Shown here in pieces: positions 1 through 10,985 of a DNA stretch of 50,327 nt. Numbering within the stretch: the first letter of the stretch is position 1; each line of letters starts with the position of its first letter. The DNA is taken from NCBI GenBank assembly GCA_002269645.1, contig NIVC01004329.1, forward strand, positions 1 through 50,327, written 5' to 3'. The DNA is from Macrostomum lignano (taxonomy: Eukaryota). Position numbers and translations under genes: made by a program. The notes under the pieces were generated by a model, which worked only from the letters and a program-made list of their open reading frames with translations, was not told where the DNA came from and searched no databases.

Positions 1-183
1 GTCATGGAATGACTGACTGGAGTCTCTCAAGGATCTGAGAGCTGCAGCTGCAGAGCATAAAAGACACATTGGTTTTCATTTTTTCGGGCTCAGCTAAGCA
101 GCAACAGGCCGCACCCTGCGCCTGAGTCCTTTGCCTTCTGCCGAGGCCGGGTTAACACAGCGGCCCCTCCCGGTCCGTTTCAG

Positions 184-216
184 AATGGAACAAGGCGATG
201 TCAGCCCGGGAAGCAG
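184..216 (+). CDS. TNS: Tensin, putative first visible exon (possible ATG at 198: MSAREA...)
   Basis: Acceptor gtttcag|184 and donor 216|gtaagc. A phase-1 end joins in frame to the exon at 609. Further upstream exons may lie outside the window. Confidence 0.5.
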
Positions 217-608
217 GTAAGCACATCAGCATCTCGCTTTAATAATAACTCTCTTTTATCTTCATCTGTCGATTAACTCTCCATACCTCACGTGATCCCT
301 TTTCCTCGGCCTGAGCAGAGCTCAAATTTCTATCTATCGGCTATGCCTCACAGCTGCCGAGAGTCTGGGATCCGTCTCCTGTCTCCTCTCCTTGACTCGA
401 CCAGCCGGGATACCTGATGAGGAATTGCATTTTCTTTGTCCCAGAACTGTCACTTTGATCCCCACTCTCTCTTCTTTCTCTCTCTTGACCGTTCTTACTG
501 AAGCTCGGCTGCACTTATCGAATTTTTCTCTGTAGCGCGCGTTTCTTCTAGAGATGAGGGGAAGAAGCTGAGGGAACGGTTTTCTGACCATCTCTGCAAT
601 CATTTCAG

Positions 609-673
609 CTCACCAGCATGCGCCGTGGCAGCGGCCTGCTCAGCCCACTGTCAGACCTGAGATTCGGCATCCT

Positions 674-706
<33 letters not shown>

Positions 707-803
707 AAATATCGCTATCAGCAGCAACAGCAGCATCAGCAGCATCAGCAGTTGTCACAGCCTCCCGAAGTGGAGTTTCACTACGTCACTAAGTCTGTGG
801 CAG
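609..803 (+). CDS. TNS: Tensin exon: poly-Q stretch and start of the PTP domain (...PPEVEFHYVTKSVA)
   Basis: catttcag|609 and 803|gtaaaa. EFHYVTKSVA resembles the DLTYITERIIA start of the tensin/PTEN phosphatase domain. Confidence 0.75.
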
Positions 804-1015
804 GTAAAATTGGCTATTTTTAATGCAATTGGAATTAAACAATGCCAGAAAACTCTGGTCTTGTGGTCAAACGTCAAAATAAGAAAAATTACTGACAGGA
901 GGATTAATTATTCAGACGCGAAGATCGATAGGAGAAAAATCAATATTCGCGGAAGGCTGCGGACACCTGCCACATCGGTCCTGCAACCAGCGCAATTCAG
1001 CCCATTCCACTGGCT

Positions 1016-1170
1016 CCTGAGCACACACAAGCGCCAATACTGTACGCAGGCACTCTCTCACACATACGCTCGCACGATGTGTACAGCGGCCCTCTAAAGC
1101 AGGTACACTCTCTGCTCGTATGCTCTTTAGTTGGCCCTCATGGCTGTGAATTGCATAACAACCCACCGGC
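1016..1170 (-). mobile_element. SINE body fragment
   Basis: Contains gtgtacagcggccct and ttggccctcatgg, the reverse complements of family motifs. Confidence 0.55.
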
Positions 1171-1302
1171 CAACCGGCTTACCGACTGCCACAATAAACA
1201 GATCGACTGCAGACCCTAACAATAACCCCCAGCCCTTAACCTGACCTACAAGTACATCCGTCGGCAGTCATATTAGTAAAACTATTACCAAAATTACTTC
1301 AG

Positions 1303-1486
1303 TCCTGACGGTGGGGCCACACCACACAGCAGCGCATCATCGGTATGGACTGCAGCAACAGCAGCGCAAAGGCAGCTTCACCGATCCTGGCTGTCTGAGC
1401 TCGCAGCTGAGCTTCAGCTGACTCACAATTTCAAATTGTTTAACCTGTCAGAACCGCAACCTGACCTGCAGATGCTCTGTCCTCAG
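1303..1486 (+). CDS. TNS: Tensin PTP exon (VLTVGP...QLHRSWLSELAAELQLTHNFKLFNLSEPQPDLQMLCPQ), with an apparent 1-nt deletion near 1320 and an anomalous donor
   Basis: ttacttcag|1303. FKLFNLSE matches the tensin YLLFNLSE motif. The frame is restored only if one C is added near 1320. The donor reads cctcag/tgcgt (one G short of cag|gtgcgt); a weaker in-frame GT exists at 1490. Confidence 0.75.
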
Positions 1487-1499
1487 TGCGTTTGTGAGA

Positions 1500-1935
1500 G
1501 CAGCCTCATCTGACACTGCTCTGACACTTCTGCTGATAATCCTCTGACACTTCCTCTGACACTTCCTCTGACTCTTCTGCTGACACTCCATCTGACACTT
1601 CCTCTGACACTTTGCTGACACTCCTGCTGACACTCCATCTGACACTTCTGCTGATAATCCTCTGACACTTCCTCTGACACTTCCTCTGACACTTCCTCTG
1701 ACACTTCCTCTGACACTTCCTCTGACACTTCCTCTGACTCTTCTGCTGACACTCCATCTGACACTTCCTCTGACACTTCTGCTGACACTTCTGCTGACAC
1801 TCCATCTGACACTTCTCTGACACTTCTGCTGACACTCCATCTGACACTTCCTCTGAAACTTCTGCTGACACTCCATCTGACACTTCCTCTGAAACTTCTG
1901 ATGATATTTTTGCTGACAATCCGTCTGACACTTTT
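1500..1935. repeat. 12-bp minisatellite family (CTGACACTTCCT / CTGACACTTCTG / CTGACACTCCAT) filling the tensin intron
   Basis: Directly visible; spans nearly donor to acceptor. Confidence 0.95.
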
Positions 1936-1955
1936 TTGACCGCTTTTTTCTCAAG

Positions 1956-2148
1956 GTCCGCGAGTTCAACTGGCCCGAGGGCCTGGCGCCCCCCTGGACA
2001 GCCTCTGCGACCTGTGCAAAGCGGTTGACGCTTGGGCCAACTGCGGCACAGCCAATGTAGCAGTGGTTTACTGCCAAGGGGAGCTGGGGCGACTGGCCAC
2101 CTTCCTCATGGCCTACATGTACTACTGCACAACCAGCATGAGCAGCCA
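1956..2148 (+). CDS. TNS: Tensin PTP exon with WPD-like loop and P-loop (VREFNWPEGLAPPLDSLCDLCKAVDAWANCGTANVAVVYCQGELGRLATFLMAYMYY)
   Basis: Near-colinear with the tensin consensus GWPD.HAPPLD.LC.ICKAMD.WL...VVV.HC.G..GR...AYM. Acceptor ttttctcaag|1956 and donor 2148|gtaagt. Confidence 0.9.
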
Positions 2149-3046
2149 GTAAGTTCAGCTCTTTTCCGCGCGCCCCTATATAACTGCCTTCTAATCACCT
2201 CACTCCCTGCCTGCCCCATTCTACAACCACCTCACTCCCTGACAATCCGGCTCTCCAATTTCATGAACTCGTTGAGTAAAGCTTTTCTATCGTACAAAAA
2301 CTTCAGGACAGAACATAATTATGCGGTGAAATTCAAGCCTAGAAATGTGGAACAACTAGGTACAGACGCATTTCTCATTTACGATCGCGATTGCAACGGC
2401 CTAATTTGCTTCGGTCAGAATCCTATAGGCTAAGCCAAGCTGAGCCGTCCTATCAATAGGTTGGGCTAAGGGCGCCAATTCCTATCCAGCAATTAATCGG
2501 CTAGCCATGCGGAAACTCAATTTCCGCTGCACTTTGTCCCCAGATGCCTTGGATGCTGCTCTCTCCCTGCCCTCTCCTCTCCTCGATTCAGTGTCAACAA
2601 CTGGGGCCTGCGGTGTGCAACCTGATGCCTCTTGTGGCACCGGGGGGAGCGACACATGTGGCACTGCACAAATTAAGGCAGAGAGGCCTGAGAGTGCCGG
2701 CTTGCGGACCGGGTTACAGGGACTGTGGAAACTCGACCAAATTGGACCAATAGTCCATGACTGACTATAGCACTGATTAGATAGAAGGATTTTAGTCGGC
2801 GACTTGGCGAGTCTCTCTGCGAACTCAGCTTTTTGTCTAATTGAGTCCTGCGAGCCAGCCAGCTTCGCGACCGCTGGCTCATCCCCAGAACTGCTCCCTC
2901 GGCGGCACTTTAATCAAAGCTTTGCTGGTCCTCATTTCTTCCACCGACTTCTCCTGTCTTTTCCCTTTCGCTCTGCCCAGCCACGCCTAAACTGGTGGGA
3001 CATTGGGGATGGATTGGACTGGGATGGCGGATGGAGATTAGGGCCG

Positions 3047-3159
<113 letters not shown>

Positions 3160-3376
3160 CGTTCCTTATTTGTCTTATCACTCTCACTCTCTGTCTCTAA
3201 AAGTACAAAACCTGACCACGAGCAGCTTGCACCGAACTCATCTATGATCTATCTGCCAACGCGAGTGCTTTATTATTTACTCAAGACTTCGTGGAACAGC
3301 TTTTCTATGAAAACGGGCATCATTTATTTCCTGATAAAATCATTCGCACTAAAACGCTGCGGTCAACCTCTCGCAG

Positions 3377-3642
3377 ACAGCAGAGGCAGGATTCGCGCTG
3401 GCTGTCGATAAACGTTTCCACGACGACCGACTCAGCCTGAGCACAGTGCCGTCGCAGAAGCGCTACGTCAACTATTTCGCCGGTTTACTGTCTGGCAGCT
3501 TCAGGATCAGCAGCCGGGCGGTGTACCTGGACCGGCTGCTGCTGCACGGCCTGCCACGTGGGGGCGACGGTCGGCCAATGCAGGGGCACTACTTCGTGAA
3601 GGTGTACCTTAATCTGAGCTTGGTGCACGCCTCACCGGTGCA
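3377..3642 (+). CDS. TNS: Tensin exon, end of PTP and start of C2 (KRFHDDR...PSQKRYVNYFAGLLSGSFRISSRAVYLDRLLLHGLP)
   Basis: PSQKRYVNYFAGLLSG matches tensin PSQRRYV.YFSGLLSG. Donor 3642|gtgagt. The 5' part needs a 1-nt insertion near 3410 (or an unseen micro-exon) to match the phase-2 donor at 2148. Confidence 0.85.
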
Positions 3643-3692
3643 GTGAGTTTCGCATTGCTGCGGGAAAACCACAAGGGCTGGGTGTACGCTGA

Positions 3693-3993
3693 GTTTGATA
3701 AGGAGGCCGTGTGTACATTGGGTTTGATATGGAGGCCGTGTGTACATTGGGTTTGATATGGAGGCCGTGTGTACATTGGGTTTGATAAGGAGGCCGTGTG
3801 TACATTGGGTTTGATATGGAGGCCGTGTGTACATTGGGTTTGATATGGAGGCCGTGTGTACATTGGGTTTGATATGGAGGCCGTGTGTACATTGGGTTTG
3901 ATAAGGAGGCCGTGTGTACATTGGGTTTGATAAGGAGGCCGTGTGTACATTGGGTTTGATAAGGAGGCCGTGTGTACATTGGGTTTGATATGG
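3693..3993. repeat. 29-bp minisatellite GTTTGATA(A/T)GGAGGCCGTGTGTACATTGG, about 10 copies
   Basis: Directly visible. Confidence 0.97.
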
Positions 3994-4515
3994 AGACAGG
4001 CAGGGTTTGCGTACACAGTCTTTAGGCATGCTAGGAGGATGGCGCGCAGGAACAGCCTTACCCAGTGCGGCATCCCTGAAGTCCATCAAATAATACTCTC
4101 TATACGATATGGTTCCGCATGAGTGAGCTGCACTCATCAACTTGCAACAATTGCTACTTTGGAATTGTAAATAAACTGCAGCAATTGCAAGGCGGTCGCA
4201 GCCTGCAGAAAGTTTTCTTTCACAACACAGGCCGGCATGGGAATCAGCGGAGAGAAAAAATTGCTTTTTTAAAACAAGCGGCAGAAGCGTGTAAACAGGG
4301 GGGGGAGTTGAGTGCTGCTGAGGACTCATACTGCTCACGCCTCATTAGGAATTCCGCAAATGCCCCCTCCTGCAGGGAAATCCTTTGAGTGCTTGAGCAG
4401 CAGGTCTGCGGGCAGGCAAGGCTAATTAACTATCTAATTAATTTTCTTGTCTCCGAGGCCGCCTTTTATGTCCCAAATTGCGTTGCAGTCCACCCGTCTA
4501 AATCCCGACCCGCAG

Positions 4516-4730
4516 ATCCCTGGCCGCTCAGCAGATTCAATCCGACTGCCTCGTCGTGAGGGTCCGACCGCACCTGAAGCTGCTTGGCGACGTCCTGATT
4601 AAGATGTACTTTAAGCGAATCCTGACCGCCAAGACCTGGGAGACTCTGTTTCGCATCCAGATTCCTTCTTACCTGGTCACGGAGAGCGTCATCACTTTGT
4701 ACAAGCAGGACCTCGACTTGGCCTGTGACG
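4516..4730 (+). CDS. TNS: Tensin C2 exon (…VVRVRPHLKLLGDVLIKMYFKR…TLFRIQIPSY…TLYKQDLDLACD)
   Basis: LLGDVLIK, FRIQ and KQDLD motifs of the PTEN/tensin C2 domain. cccgcag|4516 is phase-compatible; donor 4730|gtgagc. Confidence 0.85.
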
Positions 4731-4876
4731 GTGAGCGGCTCATCAAGGGCGACCTTGTCTGGAGGGGAAACCAATCAAATCAGCTTCAGTCGTGAAGTTG
4801 ATGTACTTTAAGATGTACTTTTATTTCACAGAATTTCTCCGCAAAGCAGTTAAACCGAACCCCCCTTCTGTTTCAG

Positions 4877-4945
4877 ATCCGAACTTTCCGGCCAGCTCCA
4901 GGGCTGAGCTGCAGTTCAGCTGGACCGGCAGGAGTCTGCAATCCG
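4877..4945 (+). CDS. TNS: Tensin C2 C-terminal exon (DPNFPASSRAELQFSWTGRSLQS)
   Basis: ctgtttcag|4877 and 4945|gtgagt, phase 1-1. Resembles D.RFP...KVE..FS. Confidence 0.8.
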
Positions 4946-5199
4946 GTGAGTGCCGCTCCGCCATCAATCATTCATGGCATCGGTTTCGGCCGGTTTCGAC
5001 TGACTCGTCTCCCGACACTGGGGGGGGGGGGCTGGGCTGACCATCGCGGTCTATTTAGTCTATTAAACTTCTCCTTGATTGAAGTGGTATTTAGAAACAT
5101 TGTCACATCGAGGACCACCAGAGGAAGTAACCGTTGTATCCGGACGTCACGCTTGCGCTGATTTTGCTTGAAAATAGAAGACTTCTTACCTTCTTACCC

Positions 5200-5335
5200 A
5201 GGGGGGCACCCCAAGGCGCAGACAGTGTACATGCCCGACGATTAGAAGTCAGTGCCGTTGTACACCCTGCGTGAGCGTCTATTGGCGCGGTTGTACATGT
5301 GTGGTGCTCAGGAGTCAGCGGAATGGGCAGAATTC
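5200..5335 (+). mobile_element. SINE body fragment
   Basis: ccccaaggcgcagacagtgtacatgcccgacgat…tgtacaccctgcgtgag…cagcggaatgggcag matches the family. Confidence 0.7.
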
Positions 5336-6289
5336 CGTCAGCGCAGGTGTGTGGGACCTCCTGTGGCTATTATTTATCATTATCACTATATTTGGAGCAA
5401 AGCTACCTTCCTTCCCACTCTTTAACGAATTTTTAATCGAATCTTTGAGCTTTCAAAATTCATTAGTAGGCTCTCAGAAGACTCACATCCCGATGACCTC
5501 TAGATGAACCTCTTAGAGACCTTCTGGTGTCTGGAATTGAGAATTTGATATAGCTAGCGATCGAAATCCTCACTTAAGTTCGCCTTGACAGCTCTCATGA
5601 ATTAATTAGGTAATAACTAGATGTATTTCTTGGCTTTCTTCGCTTCAAACTTAATGATTTTTTCTCCCAGTTTTAATTTACCTCGCGCTCCTGCTTGGTT
5701 GAAGTGTGTGCGAATATTCGAACAAAAGCAGTTTGATGAAGCTGTCCAGTCCAGGTGTTTCGAGGTCGTTCGTCAAATGAGTCTCGCGCATGGAGTTTTA
5801 AATATAAAATTCTGGATAGGAAACGATCTTTTTTGGGAGCTGACAGAAATTCTCCATGAATCCACTCGATCTCAAAGAGTTTTTGCTCAAAATCGTGCCG
5901 CCGGCTTGGCTCTGGAGAACGCGCAGCGCTGAATGCGGTTTGGCCATAGACAAAAAGTTCGGTCCAGAAAAACCCAAGCCAGAAAAATGCCTCCTTGTAC
6001 TTCGGCTGTCTATGACTGTACAGCGGTCCCAGAATCATCATCCGAGAGTCGGAGTTTCACCCCAGACTGGCAATTCTTAGAGCACCCTGACCCGCTGAAA
6101 GACCTGTTTGCTCTGACAACATGAATCGCAACTCGACCTCGGGTATTTTGCCTGCTCACTCGTTGCACTCATCGCGGGTCAGCACGGGGCTCTTATTGTT
6201 TATTTTATGAGTAGCTGCCTGTCTAAAACTTGATAAAAGAAAAAAGCCACTCGCCCTTCATCTCCCCCCGCCCCCTGCCTCGCCGTCAG

Positions 6290-6448
6290 GGCCGGACCCG
6301 CCAATTCAAGCGCGAGATCTCGAGCGCGTTGCAGCCCCGCACGAGGTTCGCTGGGACTCCTACGAAGATCTCAACCAGGGCTACAAGTTCTCGATGAGAA
6401 CCTACGAGGGCCAGGTCAACAGCGTGAGCAGCCTCGCTCCGCATAGGC
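6290..6448 (+). CDS. TNS: Tensin exon with the conserved post-C2 motif VRWDSYEDL
   Basis: RWDSYE matches the tensin IRWDSYENF motif. ccgtcag|6290 and 6448|gtgagt. Confidence 0.8.
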
Positions 6449-6493
6449 GTGAGTTCGCTATGCGTTCGTGTTTATTGGAGAGCAATTCACCTA

Positions 6494-7018
6494 CAGATGG
6501 CTCAGTTCCCCACCCAGATGGCTCAGTTCCCCATCCAGATGGCTCAGTTCCCCACCCAGATGTCTCAGTTCCCCTTCCAGATGGCTCAGTTCCCCTTCCA
6601 GATGGCTCAGTTCCCCTTCCAGATGGCTCAGTTCCCCACCCAGATGGCTCAGTTCCCCATCCAGATGGCTCAGTTCCCCACCCAGATGGCTCAGTTCCCC
6701 TTCCAGATGGCTCAGTTCCCCTTCCAGAAGGCTCAGTTCCCCTTCCATATGGCTCAGTTCCCCTTCCATATGGCTCAGTTCCCCTTCCAGATGGCTCAGT
6801 TCCCCTTCCAGATGGCTCAGTTCCACTTCCAGATGGCTCAGTTCCCCTTCCAGATGGCTCAGTTCCCCTTCCAGATGGCTCAGTTCCCCTTCCAGATGGC
6901 TCAGTTCCAGATGGCTCAGTTCCCCTTCCAGATGGCTCAGTTCCCCTTCCAGATGGCTCAGTTCCACTTCCAGATGGCTCAGTTCCCCTTCCAGATGGCT
7001 CAGTTCCCCTTCCAGATG
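6494..7018. repeat. 21-bp minisatellite CCAGATGGCTCAGTTCCCCTT, about 25 copies
   Basis: Directly visible. Confidence 0.97.
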
Positions 7019-7029
7019 GAACGCAAAGA

Positions 7030-7291
7030 CCAGACAACACATTCCCCCACCAGACAACACATTCCCCCACCAGACAACACATTCCCCCACCAGACAACAC
7101 ATTCCCCCACCAGACAACACATTCCCCCACCAAACAACACATTCTCCCACCAAACAACACACTCCCCCACCAGACAACACATTCCCCCACCAGACAACAC
7201 ACTCCCCCACCAGACAACACATTCCCCCACCAGACAACACACTCCCCCACCAGACAACACATTCCCCCACCAGACAACACATTCCCCCACC
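7030..7291. repeat. 20-bp minisatellite CCAGACAACACATTCCCCCA, about 13 copies
   Basis: Directly visible; abuts the 21-bp array. Confidence 0.97.
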
Positions 7292-7306
7292 CGATGCCTC
7301 CCGCAG

Positions 7307-7738
7307 CAGCAGCGGCGGCGCAGCCACAATCCCCAGTCGGGGTCAGACCCAATACCGACAATCTGGATCAGTTATTAGACAATCTGCTTGAGCCCGCGTT
7401 CGGACGAAGAGACATCGAGTCGGAGTATCTGAATCAGCAGCAGCAGCAGCAGCAGCAGCACTATCAGAGACAAAGACAGCAACCCACTAGAGTGGCTCCA
7501 CAACCGCCTCCACCGCCGCCTGCGGCAGCGCCAGCCGTGGAGCCGATCAGTGACCGGGAGCGCCTCCTCCTAGAAGAGCTGGCCAGAGCACAAGTTCAAC
7601 TCAAAGAGCTCCGCCGTGCAGCCTCCGTCGATGCCGAATCGCAGCCGCTCGACTCGGTGGCGACGGTCTCAGGAGATGTCGGAGCCAGCAACTTATGGCC
7701 AACAAGTCGTCAGCAGCCGCAGCGGCCCAAGCTGAGAG
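7307..7738 (+). CDS. TNS: Tensin low-complexity linker exon (DNLDQLLDNLL..., poly-Q, poly-P)
   Basis: ctcccgcag|7307 is in frame with 6448. LDQLLDNL resembles the LD-type motifs of tensin linkers. Donor 7738|gtgggg is inferred from phase compatibility with the exon at 9002. Confidence 0.65.
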
Positions 7739-8307
7739 GTGGGGGCGGGGCTGCACCTAAGGAATTTGATGACGTACTGTTTTTTGGCGCCAACAATCGG
7801 CATAAAAATGCCTATAGATATTCAACTGCAGTCGCTGTCATTTCTTCAATTCATATTTTACGCCTCGGGGCACGGTTTGGTCCACAATTCTATTCCGTCA
7901 CGCTCCAGTTGTCAGCCAACAGAAGAATCTGTCAAAGCCTTCCGAAGCGGTTTGGGCTCTAGAAAATTAGTGGAACAAAATAGAGCTATGAGCTGCATAA
8001 CATTCAAGTCCCGCCCTTCTCTCTTTTGCTCTTCTATTTGCTTCTGACCGACGAAGGCGCCTGAGTCCATTTCAACTCTTTGAGCCACTCGACCAAGACC
8101 CTATTCATATTCATATTTAGTCATTGCGCGATGCCAGAGCTGTATAATCTTCTTTGCTTTATTGTTTAGTTTGGTGTTGTTGCACTTCTTATTTTGTATT
8201 TTGTGTTTTGCCATGTTGTGACCTAGATTCAGTTATGAATTATGCACCGAACTATGACTTACTCGCAACAATCCGGGACACTTCCACCTACTCTTCCCAT
8301 TCGAATC

Positions 8308-8518
8308 TCCCTTCCCTTCATCCCTTCTCCCTTCCCTTCATCCCTTCTCCCTTCCCTTCATCCCTTCTCCCTTCCCTTTATCCCTTCTCCCTTCCCTTCA
8401 TCCCTTCTCCCTTCCCTTCATCCCTTCTCCCTTCCCTTCATCCCTTCTCCCTTCCCTTCATCCCTTCTCCCTTCCATTCATCCCTTCTCCCTTCCCTTCA
8501 TCCCTTCTCCCTTCCCTC
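8308..8518. repeat. 20-bp polypyrimidine minisatellite CCCTTCCCTTCATCCCTTCT
   Basis: Directly visible. Confidence 0.97.
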
Positions 8519-9001
8519 CAGTCAGAGATGGCGCACTCAGCCTCCCCCGATCCCGCTGCTAGCAGTCAGAGATGGCGCACTCAGCCTCCCCCAATCCCGC
8601 TGCTAGCAGTCAGAGATGGCGCACTCAGCCTCCCCCAATCCCGCTGCTAGCAGTCAGAGATGGCGCACTCAGCCTCCCCCAATCCCGCTGCTAGCAGTCA
8701 GAGATGGCGCACTCAGCCTCCCCCAATCCCGCTGCTAGCAGTCAGAGATGGCACACTCAGCCTCCCCCGATCCCGCTGCTAGCAGTCAGAGATGGCGCAC
8801 TCAGCCTTCCCCGATCCCGCTGCTAGCAGTCAGAGATGGCGCACTCAGCCTCCCCCGATCCCGCTGCAAGCAGTCAGAGATGGCGCACTCAGCCTCCCCC
8901 GATCCCGCTGCTAGCAGTCAGAGATGGCGCACTCAGCCTCCCCCGATCCCGCTGCTAGCAGTCAGAGATGGCGCACTCAGCCTTCCCGATCCCGCTGCTA
9001 G
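8519..9001. repeat. 44-bp minisatellite CAGTCAGAGATGGCGCACTCAGCCTCCCCCGATCCCGCTGCTAG x11, ending in the tensin 3' splice site
   Basis: Units start every 44 nt from 8519 to 8959; the last unit is 43 nt. Confidence 0.97.
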
Positions 9002-9148
9002 GAGCCGCGCCCGCTGTGCCGCCTCGACGCGGGTCGTCGATGCGCGAATCGGCGCGACCATCGACGCCGTCGTCTCGCCGCCGGACCTCGGATGACGAGC
9101 TGCCGGTGTCCACCGACCACCCGACGAGCTTCAGTCCGGCGAGCTTCA
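9002..9148 (+). CDS. TNS: Tensin linker exon (GAAPAVPPRRGSSMRES...)
   Basis: The acceptor TAG (8999-9001) is supplied by the last unit of a 44-bp array. PPVPPRRGSS-like motif. Donor 9148|gtaggc, phase 1-1. Confidence 0.65.
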
Positions 9149-9312
9149 GTAGGCGGTTCTTCAATTCTCTTTGGTTGTTTTATTCAAAAATGCGAAGCTG
9201 GGCTGCAAAATCAGGCTTCTTGTTGTAAACATATTTGTTGTAAAACTCCAGTTAGCCGTAGTCTTCAAAGTCTTTCCCAATTTAATGGGCAAATTGTGTC
9301 GACATTTTGCAG

Positions 9313-9464
9313 CGGCTTCGTCTTTTGACAACTACGACATTCTCGGGTCTGCGTCAGCGGTCGGAACGGCCTACCGGCGTGGTTTCGGCGGCCCCGACCC
9401 GGTGGCGCCGCGGCAGACGGGGCTGGTCCGGACCCGGCACCACAGCGCCTACCAGCACGGAGTG
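9313..9464 (+). CDS. TNS: Tensin linker exon (TASSFDNYDILG...YQHGV)
   Basis: attttgcag|9313 and 9464|gtgagt. Phases match the neighbouring exons. Confidence 0.65.
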
Positions 9465-9563
9465 GTGAGTAGGGCGGATTGCGGCTAGTCAGCTTTTATC
9501 CGGTTTGCTGGTTGTTGCCGCAGATCAAGGCAGCAGGGGATCCGCAGCCAGACAGGAGTCAAG

Positions 9564-9675
9564 CAGTCAGGCCCATTCCGCTGACCCCTGGGCGTGTACA
9601 CGCTCACACAGGGTGTACAGCGGCCCTGCCTTTCTCAGCTTTAAGCAGTTTAAGCACTTCTGTGCCTTGGGGGCT
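9564..9675 (-). mobile_element. SINE body fragment in tensin intron
   Basis: gcccattccgctga…acacagggtgtacagcggccct…acttctgtgccttgggg aligns with 27945-28078. Confidence 0.65.
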
Positions 9676-10332
9676 GCTGGCCCTGATGGACGGGAATCGC
9701 ATGACAAAGCCTCCCGCAGAATCGAGTCCCGGGGACTTAGTGAGGTGAGTTCGTATTTAGCCTCCAAAAAAGCACAGTAAAACTTAGAGAAGTTCTTAGA
9801 TGCATTGCAATGCTTGTACAAAGAGCAAAATACAACTCTGCAACAAACTAGTAAAAAGAAAGTTTTAAAGCTTGAGGCGCGAGTCGAGCATTCGGACTAA
9901 GAAACAGCTGACAGTAGACTCAGAAAAGGCAGAGCAGGTTCGAATAGATCTCACCGAGTTCAGAGAAGGGTACCGCAGGCCGAGCCAGCAGCTGTGCACG
10001 GTCACAACACAAAAGCCGCGCACCGGGCCCAGCCATAGGCGGTCTCCACAGCGTTCGAAATGTAAAATAGTAAAATAGCAACACTTCCATCTTAACCTGG
10101 GCATTGTGCGCCGTCTCAGCCAGCCTGTCGCAGTGTCTCCTATCCACGAACTTGCAATAACAGTATGCTAACAGGAAGGCCACGCAGCCCCCAACCCGCT
10201 GGGCCAAGCGGGCTTGTATAAACAAGTCCAGATCATTTTTCAGTCTCAAGCTTAGAGTAAGAATTTCTAGTCCGAATTAGGGGGGCCAACTCCTGACCGA
10301 AATAAAAGCGAATGAACTCTGGCGCGATGCAG

Positions 10333-10633
10333 GCGTCGCCTCAGCGAGTCGACAACACCGGCACTTTTGCCGGCGGCGACCCGGCCTACAGCGGCGACTT
10401 CGACGCCTCGACGGCTGTCCCTCACTCGGCCAGAGGCATTCACAGCGTCAAGAGTCGGGCTGCTCAGCAGAAGCTCCAGCAGCAGCAGCAGCAGCAGCCA
10501 ACCGGACCTCTGAGCACCAATCGGATGCGCACTCTGACAATGTCGACCCCGCACCTCACCCAGAACCCGAAGCACGCCCATTTCAACTTTGTCAACCACC
10601 TGGCGCTGAGGGATCACACCGGGTCAAACAGAG
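10333..10633 (+). CDS. TNS: Tensin linker exon (ASPQRVDNTG...RDHTGSNR)
   Basis: Open frame with poly-Q and strong donor 10633|gtgagt. Phase-0 acceptor at 10332 (alternative 10344) is weak. Confidence 0.55.
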
Positions 10634-10904
10634 GTGAGTCTTTGCATTTTTTTCCAACCTAAACTGCTTGACAAACCCTTGGAGAGAAGTTAGTGATGGT
10701 CTTTGGGAAACGTTGAATCCATCAAGGATGCTGCAAGCATTTCTTCCCCTGGCTCTTGGCTTTTGCTTCCATGGCTGCATTAATAATAATAATAATAATT
10801 GATTACACCTGTCCTATTGGGAAGATGTGCAACCGACAGCTCAGCCGCAGCTATTGCGCGGCGCATCTGAAGGCTGCGTACGGCTGTTCAGTCCAAGGAC
10901 TGGG

Positions 10905-10985
10905 GGGTCGCTGGCACCCATTCTACAGCTGGGTGAACTGAAGCAATGCAGATTTGAGTGTCTTGCTTAAGGACACAATTTGACA
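10905..10985 (-). mobile_element. Fragment of a second SINE type
   Basis: cacccattctacagctgggtgaactg…agtgtcttgcttaaggacaca resembles the antisense core motif seen in many invertebrate SINEs. Recognised from memory, not aligned. Confidence 0.35.

Noticed and set aside
4489-4515. Alternative tensin acceptor at 4488
   Set aside because: It is in phase but introduces TAA at 4499-4501; the acceptor at 4515 gives a clean frame.
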